In this document: positions 48,673 to 63,100 of the stretch, piece by piece
Layout: each line of letters starts with the position of its first letter
How positions within the stretch are numbered: position 1 is the first letter of the stretch
Assembly (NCBI GenBank): GCA_010015585.1
Contig: ML975189.1
Strand: one strand, 5' to 3'
Source: Eremomyces bilateralis CBS 781.70
Taxonomy: Eukaryota
DNA length: 64,000 bases
Notes under the pieces: model-generated
Database searches by the model: none
Told to the model about the DNA's origin: nothing
The model's input: only the letters and a program-made list of their open reading frames with translations
Program-made: the position numbers and the translations under genes

Positions 48673-49913
48673 ATGGCCTCAGAATCAGCAGTACCGGCAG
48701 GTATGCCTCCTGGTATGCCTCCTGGAATGATGCCGGGTGGGATGTCAGCTGGCGGTCTTCCACCTGGATTCGGGGCTGGACCAATCAATCCATTCATGTA
48801 CAAGCCGAATGTCCCTGGAAACGTGATCGGGACCGCGGTGTTTGGCCTAATCACGATCACGGCGGTCTTTCAGTGCATCAAATATCGGAGCTGGTACTTC
48901 CATCTGTGGGCACAAGCGTCGCTGAGTACGAGTTCATGCGTGGAAGTGAGTGGCACCGCTGACCTCCTGCAGTTACGACGGTGGCATTGTCTATCCGGAC
49001 GTTCGCTGCGATTCACCTGGGTGAAATGGAACCGTACATCATCTACTCGATCGCCGTTGGGTAGGTGGCTCTCCCACGTTCGAGGTTCTGGCGCTGATTG
49101 CAACAGCATCCCCCCAACCATGATCGCCATCGGATTGTTCATGACCTTCACCCGGATCATCTGGTTCGTCGCCCCAGACGAATGCATCACGATCCGTCAC
49201 CTGTGGCTGCCGTCTGACTGGGTCACGTTCTTGCTCGGACTCATGTTTGCCGCGGCCGAAATCATCCGCGCCGCCGGCGGCAAGCTCCATCTGGACAATA
49301 TCGTCCTTCTCGCCGTGTGGATCCAATGGATCACGCTGGCGTGCTTTGTGGTCCTGGCGACTCGGTTCTTGATCGAGAGCGAGTCGTGGGCGTGCTATCC
49401 CGACCGAAAGCAGTGGCGAAAACTGCTCGTGGCGGTCGAGGCCAGTGCATTAATCCTGATGGTAAGCGCCGAGGAATTCACGGACGGGACACCGCTAAAC
49501 TCAATGCCAGTTCCGTGCCACGCATTCGATCGTCACTGTCCAGGAGTTGAAGAATCCGATGGCTTCCCAGAACAAGCATGAATGGATCTTCTGGGTGTTT
49601 GACGTCCTTCCAACTCTCGGTAAGCTGATTGCGACTCCTGGAAATCCATCGCTCACCACTCCCAGCTGTATATATCATCCAGGCGATCTGGCATCCCGGT
49701 CAGTACCTCCCCCGCTGGCTCACCACGTTTATTTTCCGGAAGAAACTGGTGGTGGCGGAACGCCGTATCCGGGCGAGAGGGACGGGGTTCAACATCTCCC
49801 CTCCGATGCCGGCGGACCCCAAGTCCTTCGAGGTGACGTTTGCGGAAGTGGAGCTGGGGACGGTTCGGAACGCGTACAATGGGCGGCGACCGCACGCTGT
49901 GCGTGCGTATTAA
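48673..49913 (+). CDS. RTA1-like multi-pass membrane protein
   Basis: FMYKPN.PGNVIG.., IPPTMIAIGLFMTFTRIIW, HEWIFWVFDVLPT and WHPGQYLP. About four introns. Confidence 0.8.
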
Positions 49914-50521
49914 GTCGCATGACGGGTGGACGGACGACGTCCGAACACCAACCTAGGTGTAATTCTATCCAACGTAGTCACGAAATGAAATTTGCCAGCG
50001 TGAGGACGTGCTGGCCATGACCTATTGAACCCAAGATCCATGAATGTTCCGGAGCGAGATATCCTGTGTGTCGAGCCAGGATCTTAGTTGAGGACTGGGA
50101 ATAATGATCGTATACCGGAAGACTGGACGACATCCGGGAACCGGTCTAGCCAGTACAGTCTCTGAATTACGAAGATTCTGGCCAATCTTAACGCGGATTA
50201 CCCTCCTTTTTAACAAAACGTAGGCGCCGGGAGTATTAGATTGTTTCTGCTTTAATTGGTTATTTAAACAAATCAAGCTTATCCCGTTTCCAGATGTGGT
50301 CAGGTCTTGCGCTACTGGGAGTCGGAAATGGGAGCGGATGTCAAATCATGATGGATACCGATATAAGACGGTAACAGAATTCCAGACTGGCTAAGCGTCA
50401 CTTAACATCAAGCAACCGTGGATACAATTCCATCTAATTCATCGCCATAAAGGTTCGTATATTAATAGAATCCCCGTAACGCCGATGCCATGCCGAACTT
50501 TTCCATGCGTTTGCGGTTCGT

Positions 50522-52096
50522 TTAAGCCGCACTGGCCGTGGCCATGGGCTCCGCCATCTTCGTGACCTGCGCGCCGGGACGGATGATCCGGTTGCCGCCC
50601 TCGTCCTTGATGTAGGCGCCTTGCTGGTGCTCGCGCTTCCAGATCTCGACCTCCATGCCACCACGGATGACGCCGATCCGCATGGTGGCGAGCAGGTTGT
50701 GGGCGGCGTTGCTGTGGCGGTAGACGCCGCCGTTGAAGGCGGCGGTGGCATCTTTGGCGATGCCGCTGCGGATCATGGCCTTGCCGCCGGGGTGGTGGGC
50801 AGCAAAGTCGGAGATGTCGTGGACGACACCGGCGATGGAGATGAGGGCGCGACCGTTCTCGGACTGGGTGATGTAGTCGTCCCACTCCATAACGGGCAAC
50901 TTGTCGATGGGGACACCCCAGTCGAGCTTCACGCGGCGCTGGTCGAGCTTCTTCTGGAGCTGCTGGACGCGGCCCATCTCGATGGCGTTGGCGGAGAAGG
51001 TCTTGAGGTCGGAGGCCAGACCGAGCTTCTTCATGGTCCAGATGAACCACTTGGTGGGGTCGTACTGCCACCACTGGATGGCATTGCGGTAGTCGGAGGG
51101 GAACTCGTGGTGGAAGTTGTGGTAGCCTTCGCCGAGGGTGACGACAGCGGTGATGACGTGGTCGCGGGGGGAGTTGCGGTCGTCGAAGGGCTGGTCGCCG
51201 AGCCAGTGGGCGAGCGAGTTGACGCAGAAGGTGGCTTGCTGGACGATGAAGATGCGGATGAGTCCGGCGTAGATGAAGCCGCCCATCCAGTCGTTCCAGG
51301 CCAATCCGCACACCAGGGTAGGGAAGGCGAGGCCCATGATGATGACGGCCTTCAGGAAGTGGCGGTGCTGGAAAGCGACGATGCGGTCCTCGTTGAGATC
51401 GGCGATGTCGACGCGGCCGATGCGTTTCGGGTTCTGCTTCATGATCATCCAGCCGAGATGCGAGTAAAGCAGCCCTTTGCGAACGCTGTAGGGATCCTTA
51501 ATGGTGTCGGTGTATCGGTGGTGCGCTCGGTCTGTCACGGTCAGCTGTCGACTCGCCATGCGAAGGAAAGGGAGACATACGATCTCGCGACCACCAGCGA
51601 ATGGAGCCTTCGACGGCGCCGGCTCCTGCCAAAGCTAAAAAGATCCGCAATGGGACGCTGGCGGAGTAGGATGTGTGCGCCCATAATCGGTGGTATCCTG
51701 CAGTGATGCCGAGACCTGCACGAGTGGTTAGCACAGCCGAGGCGCATGTGGCAGACATGGACGAACCGGTGATGAAGTAGTAGATGACGGCGAAGACGGC
51801 GGTTTTGGTGTACAACGGGGTGGAGTACGCCTTGATGAAGCCGAGCAGAGGGACGGCCATGATGAATGTGATGTTTCTGCATCGTGGTCAGCGTGGTCGA
51901 CGACCGTGGCAATGGACGGAAAAGCTTACAGCCAGTTGATGTGCTGGTACCAGTTCCGGCGCGTCATGACGGTGTCGGCGATGTGAGGTTTGGGTTTGCC
52001 AGTGGACTTCTGGGTGGTATCGGTCGGAGCGTCCATGGTGGAAGGCTGGGGAAGAACGGCGGGATCGAGAGACCCGTCGACCATTGGGCCCGACAT
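50522..52096 (-). CDS. OLE1: Acyl-CoA delta-9 desaturase with C-terminal cytochrome b5 domain
   Basis: His boxes [18 protein letters not shown] and GEGYHNFHH; cytochrome b5 HPGG; three introns. Confidence 0.96.
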
Positions 52097-53260
52097 GATG
52101 GGCGTGAGTTCGGAAGACGAAGCCACCGAGATCCAAACGACTACGGATTCGGACAGATGGGTAGCAGATGAAAGTGGTGATAAACAGGACTCAGACCAGC
52201 TGGGCAAGGACAGAGTGGAGGACAGGTGAGAGTGAAGGATGGGGTGGTGGGATGGAGACAATATAAAGGGAAGCGTCCGCCGTGGTGTGACGACCGAGGA
52301 GGCGAAGATGAAGGAAGAGAGAAGAAATGGAGAAGGGATCGGAGGAAGATTAATTAGTGGGTAGCTAGAACGATGGATTTGATTGAATCATGAGCGCCAT
52401 TTGCATGTGGATGGACTGTTGTTCTGTATACGGGAAGAAACGCAACCCGATTGTTCCGTTCAATAGAGGAGCAAGCAATTAACACTTGGAATTGTGTATA
52501 GGCGTCTGGTCACAGCTGACGATTGCTCAGTTCCTGTTCACCGCGAAGACTCTGGACTCTGCCCTCTGGGGTCTGGACTCTGCCCTCTGCTCTCTCTCTC
52601 GACTCGGTATTGATACACTTCACATCTGAAGGGATTTCCAGAGAGAATTTCTACCGAGTCGGCGGCGGATGCAGATGACGATTCACAGTTCAGACGGTTG
52701 GGACTTGGGCCCAACAAGGGAACACACACCACCAATCAAAGGGAATGGTGTACCCTCTCCACCAATCCGAGGGGTTTCTGTGAATTCTTGCAGATTCGTG
52801 TCGATTCGGAAGCGGAGTGGAAGGCCGATGTGATGATTCCGTTGCTGGAAAATGGGGGATGAATGGGGAGACGATTGGATGAGGGAGCCGGAGCCGGAGC
52901 GGAAAAGAAGAAGATTACTCCGGCTCCGTTGGAAAAGATCATATGGGATCATGTGATCGAGATCATGTGATAGGATCATAAGTGGTCATGTGACTCTCCC
53001 AGTTCAACCAACATGTTTGCCTTGGAGCCTTAGACATTTGATGGAGGGATCTTGATGCCTTGGAATCTTGCAGCCTCCACCTGCACGGCTGCACCTGCCC
53101 AGCGAATGACGTTCAGTTCCCGTTGTCTCCTTCCCTTTGTGGCTTCGTCAATGTTTATATTTTATTATATGGTACTAATCGATTCATGTTTTTCATGTAA
53201 TGTACCAAATGCACTTGAATCACCATTCCCCTTGGCCCCTACAACCCTCCCTCCGCCACC

Positions 53261-54292
53261 ATGGAGAACGACCCGCCGTACCCCGTCTATGGCACCACCT
53301 ACACTGCTTTTCGAGTCTCCCCACTATACCATCGTCCATCCAACCCATCCTCCGATCTCTCCCTCTCGCAACACGCCCGCCGCTTGCGCGATGTCTTGCG
53401 AGGTGACTCGGTTCGTGGAGTCCAGCTCTCCACGGGAGATTCCATGGTCGCTCCGGTCACTGGCACCCTCCAACGATGCACCTGGGAGCGGTTTGGCGAC
53501 GAACCGACCTGGCATCGAGCACATGCGTTCACGGTTGGCGAACATGAGGACGACCTCTCCCAATCCACCGAGCAACCGACCTTGGCAGAGGCCGTGGGGA
53601 TTCGCATCGAACTTCAGTACGACCGTGCCGTACACTCCGCCTTGCTCCTCAAAGATCCCGAACCTTCATCCCCCACTCCGGGCTTCTCCTCGTTCCCGCT
53701 TCTTCTTCTCCGCATGCCAACGCACCTTCGCGACACCGTCATCGAATATCTCCAGCGCGCATTTGATGCTCATATCGCTCCCCTCCGACTTCGAAGCGCT
53801 TTTCTCACCGCATCTCTCGAGCGATCCTTCGCCTCCTCACCAAACGATGATCTAGCGACCGTCGGCGGCGTCCAAATCCAACTTGCCTTCCCTTCCACGG
53901 ACCCCTTGCTACGGACCGTCGACATCTCCCTGACCCACGACGATATTGCGTCCTTTGTCGATCGTGGCCAGTCCGAATCGAAGACGGACCCGCCCATCTC
54001 CGGTCCCTTCACCGCCGCGTTGGATCGATACATCAGCGAGCATTTGGCATTCTCCCTGCGACATCCGGCCGTGAGCGTCATTAAAGTCGCGTGTGCGCAG
54101 TTCGCATTCACTGCCGAAGGCAAGGTCAAAATCACTCCTCCCATGGACTCGGATCAACTGGACCACTCGGGCGTGGACCTGGATGCGACCGAACGAATGC
54201 CGGAGTGGTTGTACAAGGTCTTGATTAAGGAGGCTCGCACTAGTCAATCTGCGGTTGCAATGGAAGACGTGGCCACCAAAGTCGCTGGATGA
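53261..54292 (+). CDS. FTA1: Kinetochore Sim4-complex subunit Fta1 / CENP-L
   Basis: YPVYGTTYTAFRVSPLY, HARRLRDVLRGDSVRGV, FPLLLLRMP..LRD and F.FTAEGKVK are characteristic of fungal CENP-L. Confidence 0.8.
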   Translation: MENDPPYPVYGTTYTAFRVSPLYHRPSNPSSDLSLSQHARRLRDVLRGDSVRGVQLSTGDSMVAPVTGTLQRCTWERFGDEPTWHRAHAFTVGEHEDDLSQSTEQPTLAEAVGIRIELQYDRAVHSALLLKDPEPSSPTPGFSSFPLLLLRMPTHLRDTVIEYLQRAFDAHIAPLRLRSAFLTASLERSFASSPNDDLATVGGVQIQLAFPSTDPLLRTVDISLTHDDIASFVDRGQSESKTDPPISGPFTAALDRYISEHLAFSLRHPAVSVIKVACAQFAFTAEGKVKITPPMDSDQLDHSGVDLDATERMPEWLYKVLIKEARTSQSAVAMEDVATKVAG

Positions 54293-54390
54293 GAAACAGA
54301 TCTTGGCTGATGATGATTAATTACTGATTAGATGCCTCCAGATTGGCCTCGCTATTTACAGATTTGTGATGCAGTTCTACACGGTCATTC

Positions 54391-56678
54391 CTAGAAGCCG
54401 ACTCGCCCCGTTTTGACCGTCTTCAGAACCCCCTCGTCCGCCAATTTCTCCACCAGGTCGAAGAGCATGCCATCGCATCCGCGGCGCACGATGATGTTGA
54501 TGGTGACCGGGACCATCTCCGTTGTTTGCGTGATCGGGCTGACGTACTCGACTTGACCGATGGGGATCGTGTAATCCGCACACGCGTAAATCGGGCAGAT
54601 GTTGGCTTCCGTCATGAGGGTGTTCTTCTTCTTCGTCGCCAAGTACGACGCCGCCGGATCCTCGTTGAGGTCCCGTTCGCGGAACGATGGCTTCCCTCCC
54701 GTCCCGATGTCGTTGAGCATGATGGACTCACTGCACTGCGTGTCGGACGACGGCTGGATTTCGCTATCGTACCAGTCCGCCGCGTATTTCCGGACCGCTT
54801 GCGCCTCGACGTACTCCGCGTAGGTGTACGGTGTCCTCCCGGACGTGGCGTTGGCGTACCGCAACCACCCGGACCGTGCCGAAGGGTCGATGGGGGGGAA
54901 GCGACCGTCGAATTTGGCGCCATACTCGCGGACCAGCGGTTCCCCGACTGTGGTCCATTGTGAATACCCGGCGATGACGCTCGTCGCACCGCTAAAGGCA
55001 CTGACGTTGCGAGCGACGGGATCCGATGCGGTGAGGATCGACTCCGTAAAGTTGAACTCGCGCACCTGCATCCCAAACACCCGTTGTAGTCCGGCGATGA
55101 ACTCCTCCAGGACCGGCTGTGCCGCCGAGTTGTTGAGAGGAAGGTAGTCGACCGGGTACAGGATCGTCGACGGCCACGCCGTAAGCGCTGGGGCATCGGC
55201 CGAAAATGCATCCCCCCCTAGAGGACCCGGAGGGACGACGAGGGGTTCCAGTCCGGTGGTATTGGTATCCTGATACAACTCGGGCGTGTACCACGCTCGG
55301 GCGAATTTGACCCAGTCGTATGGTGACCGCGAGAACACGCCTGCCGTGTCGGTGGAGCCTCCCAATGGCATCACGCCCTCGAGTGACATGAAGCCTTGGC
55401 TCGGCCGATTTCTATTGTGCAATCAGTCTTTCGCTCCATGCATTGCCGAATATGAGACGTACCCGTATGTCCCCGACACCGCCGCCGGACGTCGCATGGA
55501 TGACCCCGTGTCCGAACCGATCGCATAATCTAACCAGTCATAGGCCGCAATGGAGCAACCGCCGCCAGCCGATGAAGCCGAGCATGTGAGCCAGCCGTCG
55601 CCACGGGGATTGAACGGATATTGCTGGACGAATGAGCAATGTTCTCGCAGGTTGCATGGATCGACTCACCTCATCATACCAATCCCAAGGATTGGCCCCC
55701 GACGCAAACTGCGCCAGCTTTTGTTTTCCAACGAGCACCGCACCCTGATCGATCTACGCGGCATGTCAGTCAACGTCACGGTCGTGGGATGCTCGTCTTA
55801 CCAGGCGCTGGATACTGGGTGCGTTTTCCGTCTGCACCGGCATCACCTGCGCATATGCGATGCTTCCACCGGATGTGACCAGCCCTTTCATTCCGTACAG
55901 ATCCTTGACGCCGACCCGCTTGCCCGCCAATGGCCGGGTGTCGCCGAAGTTGTAGATCCGTGACGGAACCCTGCACATGTTAGCCAGCACTTCCACTGCC
56001 GGTTCGGAAGACGTACGGGATGAGAGGATTCCAGCCCTTGGACCGTCCCGCTTCGGTCCAGGTTCCACTTCCGTCGTTGGAATCATAGGTGCCGTAGAGG
56101 AAGGTTTTGTATGAATCCTCGTACAACCGGTAGACCGCTCCGAGCGAAACCGACTGCTGGGTTATGACCGCGGCGTATGGACCGGATGCGGGTTGCACGG
56201 ACGGCTTCTGGACCTGAATCACGGTGACCTGGTGGTCTCCACTCGGAACGCGCACCTCGGGGGTGACGAAGAGCTTGGGGATCGACAACGAGTCCAGCAT
56301 CGACAACACCGACGCATCTAGATCGAGGCTGTTCGACTCGGAACGGATGTACAGCGCGTGCAGGAAGTCCTCGGAATACACGTCGTCCTCCCGTGCGAAG
56401 CTGCCCAAGACGCCCTCCAGGTAGGCCGCATCCATCGACGATTCCGCCGTGTAAACGACGGTCAGCGGAACGACGGATTCACTCGATGCCTTGGAGCAAT
56501 CACCCTCCAGGACCGCTTTGGGATGTCGACTATTCGCGAGGTATTGGATGCCTCCCAGCTCGAACATGTCGTCCCCCTCTAGCGTCCTCTGGACGGGCTT
56601 GTACTCCGCGCGCTGCACTGGCGCTGCGAGGGCCGAAGCCGCCGCAAGCAGCGAAGCGAAGAGGGTGGTGGACTTCAT
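54391..56678 (-). CDS. Secreted amidase-signature family enzyme
   Basis: Signal peptide [18 protein letters not shown]. Contains [13 protein letters not shown] (catalytic Lys), [35 protein letters not shown] and DTAGVF. Several introns. Confidence 0.88.
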
Positions 56679-57643
56679 AGCGGCGGAATCGAGAAAAGTT
56701 GACCTTCTTTTTCTTCCATGGCAACTCCATCCATCCCGTTCATTTTTATACTTCGCACGGCCCCCAATATCCGACCCGCCAACTGGTCACTAACGGCCTG
56801 ATAAGTGCTATCTAACCGCATCGCGGGGCATTCCTTCCATCATTTCCGTCCGAGATGCGGCATCCATAAGGGACGAAGGAAATGGGCAGGGAGGTCAGAT
56901 GGATACTAATGATTCGCTAGGATGATTTCGGCCTGATATCGCCTGGGCACGCTGAGAAGTGGGACCTGAGCAGCGGAGGATTCGATCTACACATGTTGGA
57001 GCACTCGTAGAGTCGTAGTCTAGTGTGCACAACGTGGCTTATCTTTGGGATCCGGGGGTGTGGAGATGGGTCTTGCCGATCGATGTTACGAGGAACGGAA
57101 TGGTGATATGATGAGGTGTTTCTCCACGAGTCGCAAGGTAAAATTTCATATGAGAATTGAGGACCGGTCAGATCCATGAAGTCGTTATAAACGCCAGTCT
57201 GAAAGTGCTTTTTCGCGTCCGTTCAACCCAAGAAGCCATTCTACAATAAACGCCACTCGCAAGCGCCTTTCGCATAACGAGAATACACTCCTCACAATCG
57301 GAGAATCTTTATCGCTCATACGATAAGGGAGATTGCTGTTGGGAGAACACGGTAATCAACTTGACCTTTGCCAAACCCATCGTGCCCATGATTAATGAGA
57401 GAGATAACATCTTTGCACTTATCGTCTTTGCTACTACTTGTCCGTTTTGGGGTTCCGTGTACGTTTTCGAATCTACCGAGTGGGAGTGGGTGTGTTGCTT
57501 CCGAAGGCCGAAGGCACAATGTATTTAAGCGCAAATCTGCCGCTACGTCAAAGACCCGCATTTCAACTTTATCAGCGAGGATGAGCATTCATTAATATTA
57601 CCACATCAGGAATCCAGGATCGAAGGATCGGAGTGGGTACGAC

Positions 57644-58625
57644 TAGGGTTGTTCCCGATTGGCCGATTTCCCGATTTTACGGATACGATAGAGTATCGGC
57701 ACGGATCCGATATCCATATCGTCAACCTTTCAGGTTTGCGGATACGATTCGCCGATTCATATCGGCAGCCTTTCTATTCTACGGATATTTTATTCGTTAA
57801 ATTTTATCAACATCGGCGAATCGGTGAATCGGTAAACTACTTCATTAGGACTAGCTTCAATCTGATTTCTATAAAGGTTTTTGGATAACTTGGCTGCTAG
57901 AATTCTAGGGCGTTTGCATAGGGATCATTTATCAACGTCAACATCCGCATTGTACAACCCTTCATCGAATGTCTCCGGATACCTAATATATCTCTTGCCA
58001 CATTGAATAATCGTTCCACTGACACCTCTGACGATGGAATTAGTAGATACTCTCTTGCTTCTACCATTTGAGGCAGTTCATCCTTGTGTACTCGCCACCA
58101 GTTACAAAGCCAATTCGGAATGAGTCAGGGCATGTGAAACTGACTCTGAGGGCAGAACTTCAGATGATGATAGATTGACAAAGATTCAAAACCAGATTCC
58201 GTTATTTGATCTTCTGGTAAAGCTTCATCGTATCCATCATTAAGTAAGAGGTAATTCTGTTGGTTATGGCGGGTAACCATTGCTCTATTCTCATTCAAAG
58301 CCATGATTGTTATGCTGCCAAAAAAAGTCTAGAAAGTTATCAGTCACTGTAAAATATATGTAGAATCTATAATATTGCGCGTAATAGACATTACCGTCGC
58401 TGCGAGAAGATATACAGGAGAGAATACCAAATTAGGACGAACTCATGATTTAGCGCCAATATCAGAGACGATAATCGTATCGGCGACGATCTTGCCGATA
58501 TTTATTCGCATTGGACGTGTCTCTGCGGATATGATTGGCCGATATAAATCGGCGGGATTCTTCCTCACCGATACAATAACCGATTATGGCAAGATCGTGA
58601 CGATATCGTATCGGGAACACCCCTA
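57644..58625 (-). mobile_element. Non-autonomous, internally deleted hAT DNA transposon (982 bp)
   Basis: TIRs TAGGGTTGTTCCCGAT and ATCGGGAACACCCCTA (15/16 complementary). 8-bp TSD GGTACGAC (57636-57643) and GATACGAC (58626-58633). Dense subterminal CCGAT/ATCGG motifs. The minus strand at ~58105-57897 encodes NWWRVHKDELPQMVEAREYLLIPSSEVSVERLFNVARDILGIRRHSM, a hAT C-terminal dimerisation domain. Confidence 0.9.
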
Positions 58626-58822
58626 GATACGACAGCCTTCACCCGAGCCGTGCAATGCATATGTTCATTAAAGCATCAAATTCTTATTGGTCCGGTCTAT
58701 TCATAATCAGGAATCAAACGAATCAATTCCCCCAGATCCTCAGCTGCAGCGGAATTTCAAATCGACTAAGAAATGTGGTTCAAATGAATCCACCACCCCC
58801 ATTATATTGAAGCCAACACAAG

Positions 58823-60121
<1,299 letters not shown>

Positions 60122-63100
60122 GATGAATGAGGAAGACGATTGAAACCGGATACCGAACCAGTAACCGAAGACGAAGGTTCGGCCGTATTTATGTTCCCTT
60201 CAGCACCACCGCCAGAGCGAAGACACTGGATGACCGACCTTCCTACCCAGGACTCATCACCGAGTGCAACCATATCCCATAATGGGGATGCATTGCAATA
60301 CCCATGGCAAAGGCAGTCCAGATATTTCACGATGCCGATCCGGCAGGCCCCTCGACGACGCGGTTGGAGCCGACCTACCTAGCAAGGAAAGCCGGACATC
60401 GTCCTCCTCGTACGATCCAGATATTCGCCGCCAATTGGATCGCATAATATCGAGGCCAGGATGCATGGAACGACGATCGAAACTTATGAGGGAGTGATCA
60501 GTCACCATATCTGCACGGTCGTATTGGCCAGATGCATGTCAATATAGATCACAGGGACGATCGACGACGTTTCTGAATGCTAGGCACGTAGGGCGATGAT
60601 GCCGGGGGGACTCGCCGTTTTGGTTGGTGAGAACCAGCTTCCTGAAATGTCGCGTAACCTTGGGCGACTGGCATGCTGCTGCTACGGCATTGGGCAAACG
60701 GCACCGAGAGTCGACTCTGAAAGGACGTCATAAGATGATAAGAACGAGCGTTTGACTAGGAGGCTATCACATGGCTTCAAACTTCCAATTAGGAATACCG
60801 CCTTTGTTAGACATGAAGATCGAAAAAGACCGGAGAATTGTGAAATGGCAGAGGAATTCACGTCACTTCCTACATAGTATTGAGCGGTTCCGCTCATCTC
60901 CCGCCGCCGCCCACTCCATGCGCCCCGCCCATGCGAGGAGGTGGAGAGAAGCTCATGCACGGTGTCGAGGACTATCAGAGCGGCCTGATGTCAAAGAGCC
61001 AGATACCGATCGGCGCAACGTTGCTCGAGATATCCAATGGCGGCTAACGGAGTCCTTAGAGACTAATGACGCGTTGGCTAGATGCAGGGGACATAAGGTG
61101 TGGCGATTGAGTCTCGACTCGCTCGGAGACGACGAAGGTCCATGAAACCAAAGCTTGACCCCTTGAGGAACGTTGGCGTATCGTCGCCTTCCCAATTGGG
61201 ACAGGCTACCAGAACACCAGGTGACCAAAGCGACGGTGTTGTCGATCATCCGCTGAATGGTTAAGGCTCAAGCACGTCCTCATCCGCAATTTAGGACGTG
61301 GAACACCGGAACCACTAACCATGGAAAACCACCGTAAATCCACTCGGTCTGGCCCACTGTGATAGCGTTATTACTCATGGTCTGCGGCATCGTCTCTAGC
61401 AACCATGTCGTTATTGTTGCGGTGTGGTTAAATGCAGCAGTGAGAACAGTATTTGGACGCCAAGCCAGAGAGTGGATCTCATATCCATCAGCCTTTCACT
61501 GATACAGTAGACAAGGGCATGGTATCAACAATACCGAATGCATGGCAATACGGCTGGAGAATGGTCGAGCCCGGTTCTCTGGAGATGTGGTCAGTGATGG
61601 ACAAGGGAGAGTGCCGGGGTCTGGATCGGGTCACGGGTGTCACAGACCGTGTGGCTTGGAAACTTAGGCATAAATTTGAAAGGACAGGACTCTGGCAGAC
61701 GGGAGGGGAAATTGGGACAGGGCACCATTGAAATTCCAACCAACATGGGGATATCGAGGTTTAGCCATATCCATAATCGCGTGTGATCCACCGGCTCGCG
61801 GCTTCGACTGGTGGATATCTCGCGGAATTGGCCTTGCCTGGACTGCTAGAGTGTGTGGGACGTGTCCAACCAACTAAGGAACCAGTAGTTCCCCAATGGC
61901 TAATACCTTCCCTAACCAATGTCTCCTCCGTCGTCCTGGATCAGGGAACGAGGCCATGGACTGGACAAGCGCAATGATATTAATTCATAACGACGTCCAT
62001 CAGGCGGGAGGCCGTGCTGAGCAATCTCGACAAGGCGTCAAGGCTGTCCACTGTCCAGGCCCCGGAAGTTTAACTCGCCAATGGCGGAGCGGCAAAGAAA
62101 CGGATCCATGTCGACAAGAAAGGTGTCCTCGCCATCCATGGATCTCATCCTTTCATCTAATCATCGTGTCAGTTGTCTCTCATTCGAACCTTACTAGGCA
62201 ACTGGAATGACAGGATCGGCCTGTTCCAGCAAGGATGGTCCTATCATGTTGTCCGGGTTCCTGGCCACCTGACCGCGTCGAGGGCGTGGTCGAACAATAC
62301 GGACGGGATCATCTTATCAATGATCAATCATGTCGATGAGCGCTTCGGAACTCCGACTGATCATCCCCAGTCCCTGTAACATTCCTTTTGACCTTCCTAG
62401 TCCTTCTATACTATCGGCAGGCGGCATCTCTTTGTTCGTTTCGATCGACAATGAATGGTGAATTCGTGATAATGGGGGATGTGATATCATACCGCTCGGT
62501 GGCGGAACATCAAATATCCAGCCGCACGTGATGTGAAACCGGCAAATGATTAGTCAGCTTCATTGACATACATACATGATTCAACGGCAATCCAAGCCAT
62601 CTCATGAAGGATGGCGGTAAAAGGGCTGGTAATAGAGCTGGCGCGATCCAAAATCAAGGCACCATTTTGCGTAGTGGCGCAGTCGAAATGGTGCCAGGTT
62701 TAATGGGAGATAGGTGCTATTCCGCGGCAGTTTCGTGCCAGGGCCTAGGTACCGTCGTGGTCCTTCATCAAACTGTCCTTGATATACTTTCCAGGGCTAC
62801 TAGTGGCTGATATCAAACCTCCTAGATTTCTGTCTCGCAGCTGGGAGCCAGAGTCAAGTGTCGGCTTGAAAAATCAACGGTGTGTTTCGGTGCTCCCAGA
62901 ATCATGGAGTGTCGCATCCGAGACCTGTCTCATAGTCATAAATCATCAGCGATGGTACCAAGGGGTGTGTTAGTCCTGTCCTCCTGAATCGACCCCTCAA
63001 CAACATTGCTCGGTCTAAACAGAAATCTGTCAGGAATTGGCCTGTTGGCCGAACTCTCTTCCTTTCTTCTCTTCCTTCTCTCCTTCCTACTTCTCTAGCC

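Noticed and set aside
50439..51706. Long alternative-frame and antisense ORFs over OLE1 (also over POT1, BMS1, ADE17 and VPS52)
   Set aside because: These are shadows of GC3-biased coding sequence and show no independent protein motifs.
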